A stretch of DNA of 64,000 nucleotides from Gammaproteobacteria bacterium. Lineage in GTDB: Bacteria > Pseudomonadota > Gammaproteobacteria > UBA5335 > SLRW01. The DNA lies in the NCBI GenBank assembly GCA_035638775.1, contig DASQZJ010000012.1:70147-134146 (forward strand). The letters run 5' to 3'. Below the pieces are notes generated by a model. The model did not search any database. It was not told the origin of the DNA and saw only the letters and a list, made by a program, of their open reading frames with translations. Shown piece by piece: positions 53,029 to 62,121 of this stretch; the first letter of the stretch is position 1; every line of letters begins with the position of its first letter. The translations under genes were made by a program, and so were the position numbers.

Positions 53029-56000
53029 ATGCAAGCCCTGACACAATTGCCCCTGCCCCGCGGCCCCGGCGACGTCCTGCGCTGGGGCAGGCTTCACGAC
53101 GGCGCTGCACCGCTGGCCGTGGCCGAGGCCGCCGCCCGCCACCCCGGGCCGGTGCTGCTGCTGTGCGACGACGCACGCAGCGCGGACCGCCTCGAGAGCG
53201 AGCTGGGCTTCTACGGCGACGGGCGCCAGCCGGTGCTGCATTTCCCGGACTGGGAGACCCTCCCCTACGACGTCTTCTCCCCCCACCAGGACATCGTCTC
53301 GCGCCGGCTCGAGGTGCTCCACCGCCTCGGCGGCCTCGAGCGCGGCATCGTCGTCGTGCCGGCGAACACCCTGATCCAGCGGCTCCCCCCGCGCAGCTAC
53401 GTCGAGGGCGGTGTGTTCCTGCTCGAGCCCGGCGAGCGGCTGGAAACCGAAAGTCTGCGCGCGCGCCTCGATGCCGCCGGCTACACGAGCGTGCCGCAGG
53501 TCATGGAGCACGGCGAGTTCGCGGTACGCGGCTCCATCGTGGATATCTTCCCGATGGGCAGCGCGGTTCCCTTCCGGATCGACCTGTTCGACGACGAGAT
53601 CGAGTCGATCCGGACCTTCAATCCGGAGACCCAGCTCACCCGGGAGCGGGTGGACCGCGTCCGGCTTCTTCCCGGGCGCGAGTTTCCGCTGGACGAGGCG
53701 GCGATCCGGGCGTTCCGACAGCGCTACCGGGCCCGTTTCGAGGGCGACCCGCGCCAGAGCCTGATCTACCGGGACGTCAGCAACGGTCTGGCGCCCGGGG
53801 GAATCGAGTATTACCTGCCGCTGTTCTTCGACCGCACCGCGACTCTGCCGGACTACCTGCCCCGCGGAACCCTCGTGGTCGAGACCGGAGACGTGGCGGC
53901 GGCCCTGGCGTCGGCGTGGCAGCAGGCGCAGGATCGCCATGAACAGCGCTCGGTCAACGAGGAGCGCCCGCTCCTGCGCCCCGAAGAGGTCTTCCTGCCG
54001 CCCGCGCAGGTGAGCGAGCGGCTCGCTGCGTTCCCGCGGGTGATCGCCGACGTGTTCGAGCAGCCCGGGGACGGCGGCGCCAATCTGGCGGCGGGGCACC
54101 CGCCGCGCCTGCTGCTCAATCCGCGGGCACGGGAGCCGGCGGCGGAGCTGCACCGCTTCCTGCGCGAGTTCCCGGGGCGCGTGCTGTTCGCCGTGGAGTC
54201 GGCCGGCCGCCGCGAAGCGACCCTGCAGATGCTCGCCGACCAGGACATTCATCCGCGTACGGTCGAGTCCTGGCAGGCCTTCGTCGAAGACGGCCCCGGG
54301 TGCGCCATCTGCGTCGCCCCCCTGGACCGGGGCCTGCTGCTCGAGCAGACGCCGCTGGCGGTGATCGCGGAATCGCAGCTGTACGGCGAGCGCCCCCGGC
54401 AGCAGCGGCGCCGGCGGGCCGCGCGCGATCCGGAAACGATCATCCGTGACCTGGGCGATCTCAGCGTCGGCGCCCCGGTGGTCCACGAACAGCACGGGGT
54501 CGGGCGCTACCTCGGGCTGCAGACGCTGACCGTGAACAACACCGAGGCCGAGTTCCTGGCGCTGGAATACGCCGGCGGCGACAAGCTCTACGTACCGGTT
54601 TCCTCGCTGCACCTGATCAGCCGCTACACGGGAACCGCACCGGAGCACGCGCCGCTGCACCGCCTCGGCGGGGAGCAATGGGCGCGCGCCCGGCGCCGCG
54701 CCGCGGAAAAGGTCCGCGACGTGGCCGCCGAACTGCTGGAGATCCAGGCACGCCGGGCCGCCCGTCCCGGCCATGCGTTCCACTGGAGCGAGGCCGATTA
54801 CCGCGCGTTCGCCGCGGGCTTCCCGTTCGAGGAGACCCCGGACCAGGAGACCGCCATCGGGCAGGTGCTGGATGACCTGCGCGCCGACCGGACCACCGAT
54901 CGCGTGGTGTGCGGCGATGTCGGCTTCGGCAAGACGGAAGTCGCCATGCGCGCCGCGTTCGTAGCTGTCAGCAGCGGCTGCCAGGTCGGCGTCCTGGTGC
55001 CCACGACCCTGCTTGCGCAGCAGCACTACCAGACCTTTCTGGACCGCTTCGCCGACTGGCCGGTGCGCATCGAGTCGCTGTCACGGCTGCGCGGACGCCG
55101 CCAGCAGGAGCGCACGCTCGCGGGGCTCGCCGACGGCAGCGTCGACATCGTCATCGGCACGCACAAGCTGCTGCAGAAGGACGTGCGCTTCGCCAACCTG
55201 GGCCTGGTGATCGTGGACGAGGAGCACCGCTTCGGGGTCCGTCACAAGGAAGCCCTGAAGCGGCTGCGCGCCGAGGTGGACATGCTGACGCTCACCGCGA
55301 CGCCGATCCCCCGCACCCTGAACATGAGCCTGGCGGGCCTGCGCGATCTTTCCCTGATCACAACGCCACCGGCCGAGCGCCTGGCGGTCAAGACCTTCGT
55401 CAGCCAGTGGGACGACGCCCTGATCCAGGAGGCCTGCCTGCGCGAGATCAAGCGCGGCGGCCAGGTCTACTTTCTCCACAACAAGGTGGAGAACATCGAG
55501 GGCATCGCGGAGCGGCTGCGCAAGCTCATCCCGGAGGCGCACGTCCGGGTCGCTCACGGGCAGATGCGCGAGAGCGAGCTGGAACAGGTGATGCTGGACT
55601 TCTACCATCGCCGCTTCAACGTCCTGGTGTGCACCACGATCGTCGAGAGCGGCATCGACGTGCCCACCGCGAATACCATCCTGATCAACCGTGCGGACCG
55701 CTTCGGCCTCGCGCAGCTGCACCAGCTCCGCGGGCGCGTGGGCCGCTCCCATCACCGCGCCTACGCTTACCTGCTGGTGCCGCCGCGCTCGGTCATGACC
55801 CCTGATGCGGTCAAGCGACTGGAGGCCGTGGAATCGCTGGAGGATCTCGGGGCCGGCTTCACCCTGGCCACCCACGACCTCGAGATCCGCGGCGCGGGCG
55901 AGCTGCTGGGCGAGGAGCAGAGCGGCCAGATCCAGGAGATCGGCTTCAGCCTCTACAGCGAGCTGCTGGACCGCGCGGTGCGGGCGCTGCGTTCCGGGGA

Positions 56001-56505
56001 GCTGCCGGATGCGGTGGAGCAGCCGGAGCACGGCCCGGAGCTCGACCTGCAGGTGCCCGCGCTGCTGCCCTCGGACTACATGCCGGACGTGCACCTCCGG
56101 CTGATGCTGTACAAGCGGATCGCGAGCGCGCCGGACACGGGCGCGCTGGAAGAAATCCAGGTCGAGATGATCGACCGCTTCGGCCTGCTGCCGCCCCAGG
56201 CCAGGAACCTGTTCCGCCTGACGGCACTGAAGCTCAAGGCCGCGCCGCTGGGCATCCGCAAGCTGGAAGCCGGGCCCGCCGGCGGCCGCATCGTCTTCAG
56301 CGAGAAGCCGGACGTCGACCCCGCGGCGATCATCGCGCTGATCCAGGGCGACCCGCAGCGCTACCGGCTGGACGGCCAGACCGGGCTGCGCTTCCAGGCC
56401 GACCTGGAGGAACCCGGGGCGCGCATCCGCTTCGTGGAAGACCTGCTCGAGCGTCTCTCGCGCAGCACGGAGGCGGAGAGTGCGGTCTCCGGCGCGGGTG
56501 CGTAA
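53029..56505 (+). CDS. mfd: Transcription-repair coupling factor
   Basis: It has a UvrB-homology N-terminus, an RNAP-interacting domain, the helicase motifs GDVGFGKTEVAMRAAF and VIVDEEHRFGV, and a TRG motif region. Confidence 0.96.
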   Translation: MQALTQLPLPRGPGDVLRWGRLHDGAAPLAVAEAAARHPGPVLLLCDDARSADRLESELGFYGDGRQPVLHFPDWETLPYDVFSPHQDIVSRRLEVLHRLGGLERGIVVVPANTLIQRLPPRSYVEGGVFLLEPGERLETESLRARLDAAGYTSVPQVMEHGEFAVRGSIVDIFPMGSAVPFRIDLFDDEIESIRTFNPETQLTRERVDRVRLLPGREFPLDEAAIRAFRQRYRARFEGDPRQSLIYRDVSNGLAPGGIEYYLPLFFDRTATLPDYLPRGTLVVETGDVAAALASAWQQAQDRHEQRSVNEERPLLRPEEVFLPPAQVSERLAAFPRVIADVFEQPGDGGANLAAGHPPRLLLNPRAREPAAELHRFLREFPGRVLFAVESAGRREATLQMLADQDIHPRTVESWQAFVEDGPGCAICVAPLDRGLLLEQTPLAVIAESQLYGERPRQQRRRRAARDPETIIRDLGDLSVGAPVVHEQHGVGRYLGLQTLTVNNTEAEFLALEYAGGDKLYVPVSSLHLISRYTGTAPEHAPLHRLGGEQWARARRRAAEKVRDVAAELLEIQARRAARPGHAFHWSEADYRAFAAGFPFEETPDQETAIGQVLDDLRADRTTDRVVCGDVGFGKTEVAMRAAFVAVSSGCQVGVLVPTTLLAQQHYQTFLDRFADWPVRIESLSRLRGRRQQERTLAGLADGSVDIVIGTHKLLQKDVRFANLGLVIVDEEHRFGVRHKEALKRLRAEVDMLTLTATPIPRTLNMSLAGLRDLSLITTPPAERLAVKTFVSQWDDALIQEACLREIKRGGQVYFLHNKVENIEGIAERLRKLIPEAHVRVAHGQMRESELEQVMLDFYHRRFNVLVCTTIVESGIDVPTANTILINRADRFGLAQLHQLRGRVGRSHHRAYAYLLVPPRSVMTPDAVKRLEAVESLEDLGAGFTLATHDLEIRGAGELLGEEQSGQIQEIGFSLYSELLDRAVRALRSGELPDAVEQPEHGPELDLQVPALLPSDYMPDVHLRLMLYKRIASAPDTGALEEIQVEMIDRFGLLPPQARNLFRLTALKLKAAPLGIRKLEAGPAGGRIVFSEKPDVDPAAIIALIQGDPQRYRLDGQTGLRFQADLEEPGARIRFVEDLLERLSRSTEAESAVSGAGA

Positions 56506-56506
56506 G

Positions 56507-57415
56507 ATGGGCGCCATGCTGCAACACCACCGACCCCGCAGACTCCCGGCAGGCGCGGCCGGCATGGCGCTGGCGATGCTCGTGCTGGTCGCGCTGGGGA
56601 TCCCGTCGACCGCGCTCGCGGCGCAGAAACCCTCGCCCCGCTGGTACGACGTCGAGATCATCGTCTTCCGCAACGTCTCGCCGCCCGGGCTCTCCGACGA
56701 GATGTGGCCCACGCGTCCGCCGATGCCGGACGTACAGGGGGCCGTCACCCTCAAACCGTTCCACGGCGCCGGGCAGCCCCGACCGTTCTCCCGCCTGCCC
56801 TCCTCCAGCTACCGCCTCGACGGCGTATGGAAGGCGCTGAAGCATTCCTCGCGCTACCAGCCCATCCTGCACGTGGCCTGGACCCAGCCCGGGTACCCGC
56901 CGGCCAAGGCGAAAGCCGTGCGCTTGCACGGCGAACAGACGATTCAGCCACCCGCCCCGGCCGGTTCCACGCAGCCGGCGGAGCCCGCCGCGACGCCCGG
57001 CGGACAGGATGCCCCCGCGCAGCCGCAGGCCGCCACCGGCGGCACCGGTGAGGCGGCCACGCCGCCGGCACCGGTCTACCGGCTCGACGGAACCATCAAG
57101 CTCAGCGTGGTGCGCTACCTGCACCTGACCGTCAACATGGTCTACTCGCAGGTGGTAGCGGGCTCCGGCCTGGGCTCCTCCGGCACGAACGGCAACGCCG
57201 GGAGCAACGCCGCATCCCGGTCGGACGGCAGCCAGGCCGGCGGCGCCGGCAGCTCCGGGGAAGGACCGGGCGCGCTGAACGCGACACCCGGCGTGGGACC
57301 CCACCTGGTCGGCTTCCCGATGCGCCAGCAGCGCCGCATGCGCAGCGGCAAGCTGCACTACCTGGACAATCCCCGCTTCGGCGTGCTGGCCCTGGTCACG
57401 CCGCGGGGTTCATGA
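56507..57415 (+). CDS. CsiV/DUF2803-like periplasmic protein
   Basis: ATG 56507 lies 1 nt after the mfd stop. It has a signal peptide and the hallmark RWYDVEIIVFRN. It also carries HVAWTQPG and a C-terminal MRSGKLHYLDNPRFGVLALVTP. Confidence 0.7.
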   Translation: MGAMLQHHRPRRLPAGAAGMALAMLVLVALGIPSTALAAQKPSPRWYDVEIIVFRNVSPPGLSDEMWPTRPPMPDVQGAVTLKPFHGAGQPRPFSRLPSSSYRLDGVWKALKHSSRYQPILHVAWTQPGYPPAKAKAVRLHGEQTIQPPAPAGSTQPAEPAATPGGQDAPAQPQAATGGTGEAATPPAPVYRLDGTIKLSVVRYLHLTVNMVYSQVVAGSGLGSSGTNGNAGSNAASRSDGSQAGGAGSSGEGPGALNATPGVGPHLVGFPMRQQRRMRSGKLHYLDNPRFGVLALVTPRGS

Positions 57416-58180
57416 CCTTCCCCGGCCACCGGCGTCCGCGAGCTGCGCCACGGCGTGGCGGACGATCTCCAGCGCCCGCTGCATGCCCTGCGCGAGGAAC
57501 TGTCCGATCTCCGCGTGAATGTCCCCGCTTGGCGCGACCCCGGCAGCGCGGTTGACGGACACCGCGCAGCAGGCATAGTCCAGCTCCAGCTCCCGTGCCA
57601 GCGCCGCCTCGGGCATCCCGGTCATGCCGACCATGGTGCAGCCGTCGCGTGCCAGCCGGGCGATCTCCGCCGCCGATTCCAGCCGGGGGCCCTGGGTCGC
57701 GCCGTAGACACCGCCGTCGGTGATCGGCACGCCGGCATCGCGCGCCGCAGCCACCAGGCGTTCCCGCAGGGTCGGCGTGTACGGCCGCGTGAAATCCACG
57801 TGCTGCACCCGGCCCGCGTGCACGAAGGTGTGCTCGCGACCCCAGGTGTAGTCGATGATCTGGTCAGGAATCACGACTCCACCCGGCTCGGGCTGCGGTG
57901 CGATCGAGCCGACCGCGGCCACGGCGATGACGCTGTGCGCTCCCGCCGCGTGCAGTGCCCACAGGTTCGCCCGGTAGTTGACGCGGTGGGGGGCGAGCGC
58001 GTGGTCGCTGCCGTGGCGGGGCATGAACAGCACCGGGCACCCCGCCAGGCGTCCCCGGACCAGCCCGCCGGAGGGAGCGCCGTAGGGCGTATCCCACGTG
58101 AGCGTCTCAGGCACTTCCAGCTCCGGCAGCGCGTCCAGCCCGGTGCCCCCGATGATCGCGATGCACGCCTCACCGTTCAT
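57410..58180 (-). CDS. mtnP: S-methyl-5'-thioadenosine/-thioinosine phosphorylase (PNP family 2)
   Basis: Motifs IAIIGGTGL, FMPRHG and TMVGMTGMPEAALARE are present. Confidence 0.85.
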   Translation of the reverse strand: MNGEACIAIIGGTGLDALPELEVPETLTWDTPYGAPSGGLVRGRLAGCPVLFMPRHGSDHALAPHRVNYRANLWALHAAGAHSVIAVAAVGSIAPQPEPGGVVIPDQIIDYTWGREHTFVHAGRVQHVDFTRPYTPTLRERLVAAARDAGVPITDGGVYGATQGPRLESAAEIARLARDGCTMVGMTGMPEAALARELELDYACCAVSVNRAAGVAPSGDIHAEIGQFLAQGMQRALEIVRHAVAQLADAGGRGRS

Positions 58181-58748
58181 GCGCGTCCCCTTCGGTGCCC
58201 TCGGCCACGGCGAAGATGCCCGGCGCGTTCCTCAGATAGCCCCGGTAGTCCATGCCGGAGCCGAACACGTACCGGTCCGGCACCTCGAGGCCGACGTAAT
58301 CCCCGCGGATGCCGGTGCCGTTGCGGGCGTGACGTTTCCGGGTCAGGACCGCCGTCTGCACCGCGGCCGCTCCCTCCGCCACGCACCAGTCCCGCAGTGC
58401 ACTCAGGGTCAGGCCCTCGTCGAGGATGTCGTCCACGATCAGCACCCGGCGCCCCGCGAGCGGCGTCTCGGGTCGCGCACGCCACTGCAGGCTGCCGCCC
58501 GAAGTGCCGCGGCGGTAGCGGGTGGCGTGCAGGTAGTCCAGTTCGAACGGGAAGTGCAGGTGTCGAACCAGCTCCGCCGTCGGGATCAGCCCGCCCAGCA
58601 TCACGCACAGCACCACCGGGTCGGCCCCCGCGAGCGCGGCGCCGATGGCCTCAGCCATGCGCGCGAGCGCCTCGCTGACCTGCGCCCCGCTGTAGAGGCG
58701 CTCGGCGCGCGCGTACACCTCGTTCACATGCCTGACCAGGTCCGTCAT
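58170..58748 (-). CDS. hpt: Hypoxanthine-guanine phosphoribosyltransferase
   Basis: Start moved to ATG 58748. It has the PRPP loop RVLIVDDILDEGLTL. It overlaps the mtnP start by 11 nt. Confidence 0.8.
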   Translation of the reverse strand: MTDLVRHVNEVYARAERLYSGAQVSEALARMAEAIGAALAGADPVVLCVMLGGLIPTAELVRHLHFPFELDYLHATRYRRGTSGGSLQWRARPETPLAGRRVLIVDDILDEGLTLSALRDWCVAEGAAAVQTAVLTRKRHARNGTGIRGDYVGLEVPDRYVFGSGMDYRGYLRNAPGIFAVAEGTEGDAHER

Positions 58749-58755
58749 CGGTTCC

Positions 58756-59781
58756 TCACTCGTCCGTGGCGCACAGGCCCCCGACCAGCTGCCGGTCCGC
58801 GGCCTCCGTCGCGGCCCAGCCCTCGCGGGGCTCCGCGCCCCGGCCGCCGCGCAAGGCGGCAATGCGCCCGCTCGATTCCCCGGAGGCGCGCACCGGCCCG
58901 TCCAGGACCGCGAGGGCGCCCTCCCGGTCATTGCAGACCAGCACCATGTCGCTGCCCGCCCGCAGCGCCAGGCGGGTGCGCTCTACCATGTCCCCGAAGC
59001 CGGCGGCGCCGGCCATGGAGAGATCGTCCGACAGCACGGCGCCGGCAAACCCCAGCCGGCCCCGCAGCTCGTCCCGCAGCCAGCGCCGCGAGAGGCTCGC
59101 CGGCAGGCTGTCCACCCGCGGATAGTGCACGTGCGCCGTCATCAGGCCGCCGACGCCGGCGGCGAGGCGGGCAAAGGGCAGCAGATCGCGTTTGCGGATC
59201 TGCTCGAGAGAACGGTCGTCCACCGGCAGCAGCCGGTGCGAATCGCCCCTGACGCCGCCGTGCCCCGGGAAATGCTTGCCCACCGCGGCCATCCCCGCGG
59301 CGCCCATGCCCGTGATCCAGGCCCCGGCAAGGGCGGCCGTTACCTCCGGATCCGGATGCAGCGCACGGTCCCCGATCACCTCGCGGTTTCCGGCAAGATC
59401 CAGGACCGGCGCCAGGCTGATGTCCACGCCGCAGCGGCGCAGCTCGCGCGCCATCAGTCGCCCGGTGCGCCAGGCGGCGTCACGCGCGGCCCCGGGATCG
59501 CGGTCGTGGATCCGGCCCAGGACAGCCGCCGGCGGCAGCGGCGTAAAGCCCTCCCGAAAGCGCTGCACCCTGCCACCCTCCTGGTCGACCGCCACGACCA
59601 GTGTCGGGCGAAGCGCATGGACCGTAGCGGTGAGCCGCGCCAGCTGTGCGGGCCCGGCGTAGTTGCGCCGGAACAGCACCACCCCCCCCACCAGCGGATG
59701 CACCAGGATCTCGCGCTCCTCGGCGTCGAGCTCGGTCCCGGCAAGGTCCAGCATCACCGGGCCGGGTTGTGCGCCCGCCAT
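58756..59781 (-). CDS. nagZ: Beta-N-acetylhexosaminidase (peptidoglycan recycling, GH3)
   Basis: Motifs [21 protein letters not shown] and LSDDLSM are present. Confidence 0.92.
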   Translation of the reverse strand: MAGAQPGPVMLDLAGTELDAEEREILVHPLVGGVVLFRRNYAGPAQLARLTATVHALRPTLVVAVDQEGGRVQRFREGFTPLPPAAVLGRIHDRDPGAARDAAWRTGRLMARELRRCGVDISLAPVLDLAGNREVIGDRALHPDPEVTAALAGAWITGMGAAGMAAVGKHFPGHGGVRGDSHRLLPVDDRSLEQIRKRDLLPFARLAAGVGGLMTAHVHYPRVDSLPASLSRRWLRDELRGRLGFAGAVLSDDLSMAGAAGFGDMVERTRLALRAGSDMVLVCNDREGALAVLDGPVRASGESSGRIAALRGGRGAEPREGWAATEAADRQLVGGLCATDE

Positions 59782-59784
59782 GTT

Positions 59785-60279
59785 TCAGTCCTCCCGGATG
59801 TCGACCCGCGTGCCCGCGGGTACCCGGTCGAACAGCTCCGCGATGTCCGCGTTGTTCATGCGGATGCAGCCGTGACTGCCCGCCACGCCGAGCCGCGTGC
59901 TGTCCGGGGTTCCGTGGACGTAGATGTAGCGGCGCATGGTGTCCACGTCCCCCAGCCGGTTGAAGCCCTGCTCGCAGCCGCTGAGCCAGAGGATTCGGGT
60001 GAGGATCCAGTCCCGCCCCGGATAGCGGCGGCCGAGCGTCTCGTCGTAGATCTCGCCGGTCGGGCGGCGTCCGCGGAAAACCGTCCCCACCGGCGCGCCG
60101 TCCCCGATCCGGGCACGCACCACGTGCCGCCCCCGGGGCGTGCCCAGGCTGCCGTTCCGCTCGTCGGCCCCGGCCGCGGCGGTCGAAACCCGGTAGCGGC
60201 GCAGGACCCTTCCCGCGCCCATCAGCAGCAGCTCCTGGCGTGCCAGGCTCACGCGGACCGATACCCGGGACTCACTCAT
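59785..60279 (-). CDS. L,D-transpeptidase (YkuD domain)
   Basis: Start moved to ATG 60279. It has the catalytic motif YIYVHGTPDSTRLGVAGSHGCIRM. Confidence 0.85.
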   Translation of the reverse strand: MSESRVSVRVSLARQELLLMGAGRVLRRYRVSTAAAGADERNGSLGTPRGRHVVRARIGDGAPVGTVFRGRRPTGEIYDETLGRRYPGRDWILTRILWLSGCEQGFNRLGDVDTMRRYIYVHGTPDSTRLGVAGSHGCIRMNNADIAELFDRVPAGTRVDIRED

Positions 60280-60769
60280 CTCCCGCGCCCCGCTCGGCGA
60301 CGCTCCAGTCCCGATAGGGGTGGCGCACCAGCCGGACATTGTAGTAGCGGGCCTCGTGACTCACCTCCCGGCCGAGCCAGGGTGGTCGCCGGAACGGCTC
60401 GTCCGGATGCCCGAGCTCGATCTCGGCCACCACCAATCCGGCGTTGTCGCCGAAGAATTCGTCCACCTCCCACACATGATCGCCCACGGGCACGCGGTGG
60501 CGGCGCTTTTCAACCAGCGGATGCCGGCACAGGTGCGCCAGCATCTCCCGCGCGTCGGCAGCCGGGATCGGATATTCGAACTCGCGCCGCTCGACACCGA
60601 GCTCGGCGCTCTTGATGTTCAGCCAGGCACGTTCGCCGGCTTCCCGAACGCGGACGGAGCTGCGGCCTTCCAGCACCAGGTAGCCCTGGCGCATGTCGAG
60701 CCATTCCTCGGCTTCCGCCCGCCAGCCGTCGCCGGTCACCAGGAATTTGCGCTCGATCTCGCGACCCAT
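60272..60769 (-). CDS. CYTH-domain triphosphate tunnel metalloenzyme (CyaB/ThTPase-like)
   Basis: Only the last 165 codons of track ORF 60272..61954 are taken. The N-terminal signature is MGREIERKFLV (ExExK). It overlaps the ldt start by 8 nt. Confidence 0.8.
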   Translation of the reverse strand: MGREIERKFLVTGDGWRAEAEEWLDMRQGYLVLEGRSSVRVREAGERAWLNIKSAELGVERREFEYPIPAADAREMLAHLCRHPLVEKRRHRVPVGDHVWEVDEFFGDNAGLVVAEIELGHPDEPFRRPPWLGREVSHEARYYNVRLVRHPYRDWSVAERGAGDE

Positions 60770-60774
60770 CCGGC

Positions 60775-62121
60775 TCAGCCTCCCGGGCGTACGAAGCAGG
60801 TGATGGACTCGACGTGCGAGGTCTGCGGAAACATGTCCATCACGCCGGCGGCTTCCAGGCGGAAGCCATGCTCCCGCGTCAGTATGCCGGCATCGCGGGC
60901 CAGGCTGCCGGGATGGCAGGAGACGTAGACCACGCGCTCCACGCCTGCGGTGCCGATGCATTCGAGGATCCCGCGCGCGCCGGAGCGCGGCGGATCCAGC
61001 AGCACGCGCTCGAAGCGCCCCGCAAGCCAAGGCGCCTCCCTCAGCAGGGCCGGGTCCTGCAGATCGGCCGCATGCAGGTCCACGTTCTCCAGTCCGTTGG
61101 CCGCCGCGTTCTCGCGCGCCCGCCGCACCAGCGTGGCGTCCCCTTCCACGCCCGTCACGTGCCGCGCGCGCCGGGCCAGCGGAAGGGTAAAATTGCCCAG
61201 TCCGCAGAACAGGTCGAGCGCGCGGGTCCCTTCCGGGCGCAGCAGGTCCAGGGCCCGCTCCACCATGGCCCGGTTGATCGCGGGATTGACCTGGGTAAAG
61301 TCGGTCGGCCGGAAGCGGATCCTGACCCTGTCCTCGTCCAGGGCGTAGTGCAGCACCACCTCCTCCCCGTCCAGCGACCGGACCGAGTCGACCCCGCCCG
61401 GCTGCAGGCACATCCGGATTCGCTCGCGCTCTTCGAACGCGCGCAGCCGCTCCCGGTCTGCCGCGGTCGGCTCGAGCAGCACGCGCAGCACGAGCGCGAC
61501 GCCGTCGTCTCCCGCGGCCGCCTCGATCTGCGGCACCCGGCGCCGGATGTCGAGCGAGCCGATCAGTGCAGACAGCGCGTCCAGGCGCTCGCCCACTGCC
61601 GGATGCAGTACCTCGCAACGGGTCATGTCGGCGATGAAGCTGCTGCCGCGTTCGCGAAAGCCCACCAGCACACGCCCCTTGCCACGCACGTCCCGCACGC
61701 CCAGCCGGGCCTTGCAGCGGTAGCCCCAGGCCGGGCCGGTCAGGGGCGGCAGCACGCGGTCCGGCCGCAGCCCGGCGATGCGCGCCAGGTTGTCCAGCAG
61801 GATCGTTTCCTTGGCCTCGATCTGGCGTCGCGGATCCAGGTGCTGCAGGCTGCAGCCGCCGCAGGTCCCGTAGAAGCGGCAGCGCGGTTCGACCCGGTCC
61901 GGAGACGCCTGCAACACCTCCACCACCTCGCCCTCGTCGAAGTCCCGCCTGCAACGCACCGGCCGCACCCGCACGCGCTCGCCCGGCAGGGCCCCGTGCA
62001 CGAAGGTTGCCTTGCCGTCGATGCGGGCGACACCCCGCCCGTCGTGGCCCAGCGATTCGATCTCCGCTTCCCGCGGCTCCGGTTCGGGCCGCTGCCTGCG
62101 CGCGTGCCGTGCCACCGCCAT
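60775..62121 (-). CDS. rlmD: 23S rRNA (uracil1939-C5)-methyltransferase
   Basis: Start moved to ATG 62121. It has a TRAM domain, an Fe-S cluster motif CRFYGTCGGCSLQH, the SAM site DLFCGLGNFTLPLA and the catalytic region YVSCHPGS. Confidence 0.9.
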   Translation of the reverse strand: MAVARHARRQRPEPEPREAEIESLGHDGRGVARIDGKATFVHGALPGERVRVRPVRCRRDFDEGEVVEVLQASPDRVEPRCRFYGTCGGCSLQHLDPRRQIEAKETILLDNLARIAGLRPDRVLPPLTGPAWGYRCKARLGVRDVRGKGRVLVGFRERGSSFIADMTRCEVLHPAVGERLDALSALIGSLDIRRRVPQIEAAAGDDGVALVLRVLLEPTAADRERLRAFEERERIRMCLQPGGVDSVRSLDGEEVVLHYALDEDRVRIRFRPTDFTQVNPAINRAMVERALDLLRPEGTRALDLFCGLGNFTLPLARRARHVTGVEGDATLVRRARENAAANGLENVDLHAADLQDPALLREAPWLAGRFERVLLDPPRSGARGILECIGTAGVERVVYVSCHPGSLARDAGILTREHGFRLEAAGVMDMFPQTSHVESITCFVRPGG

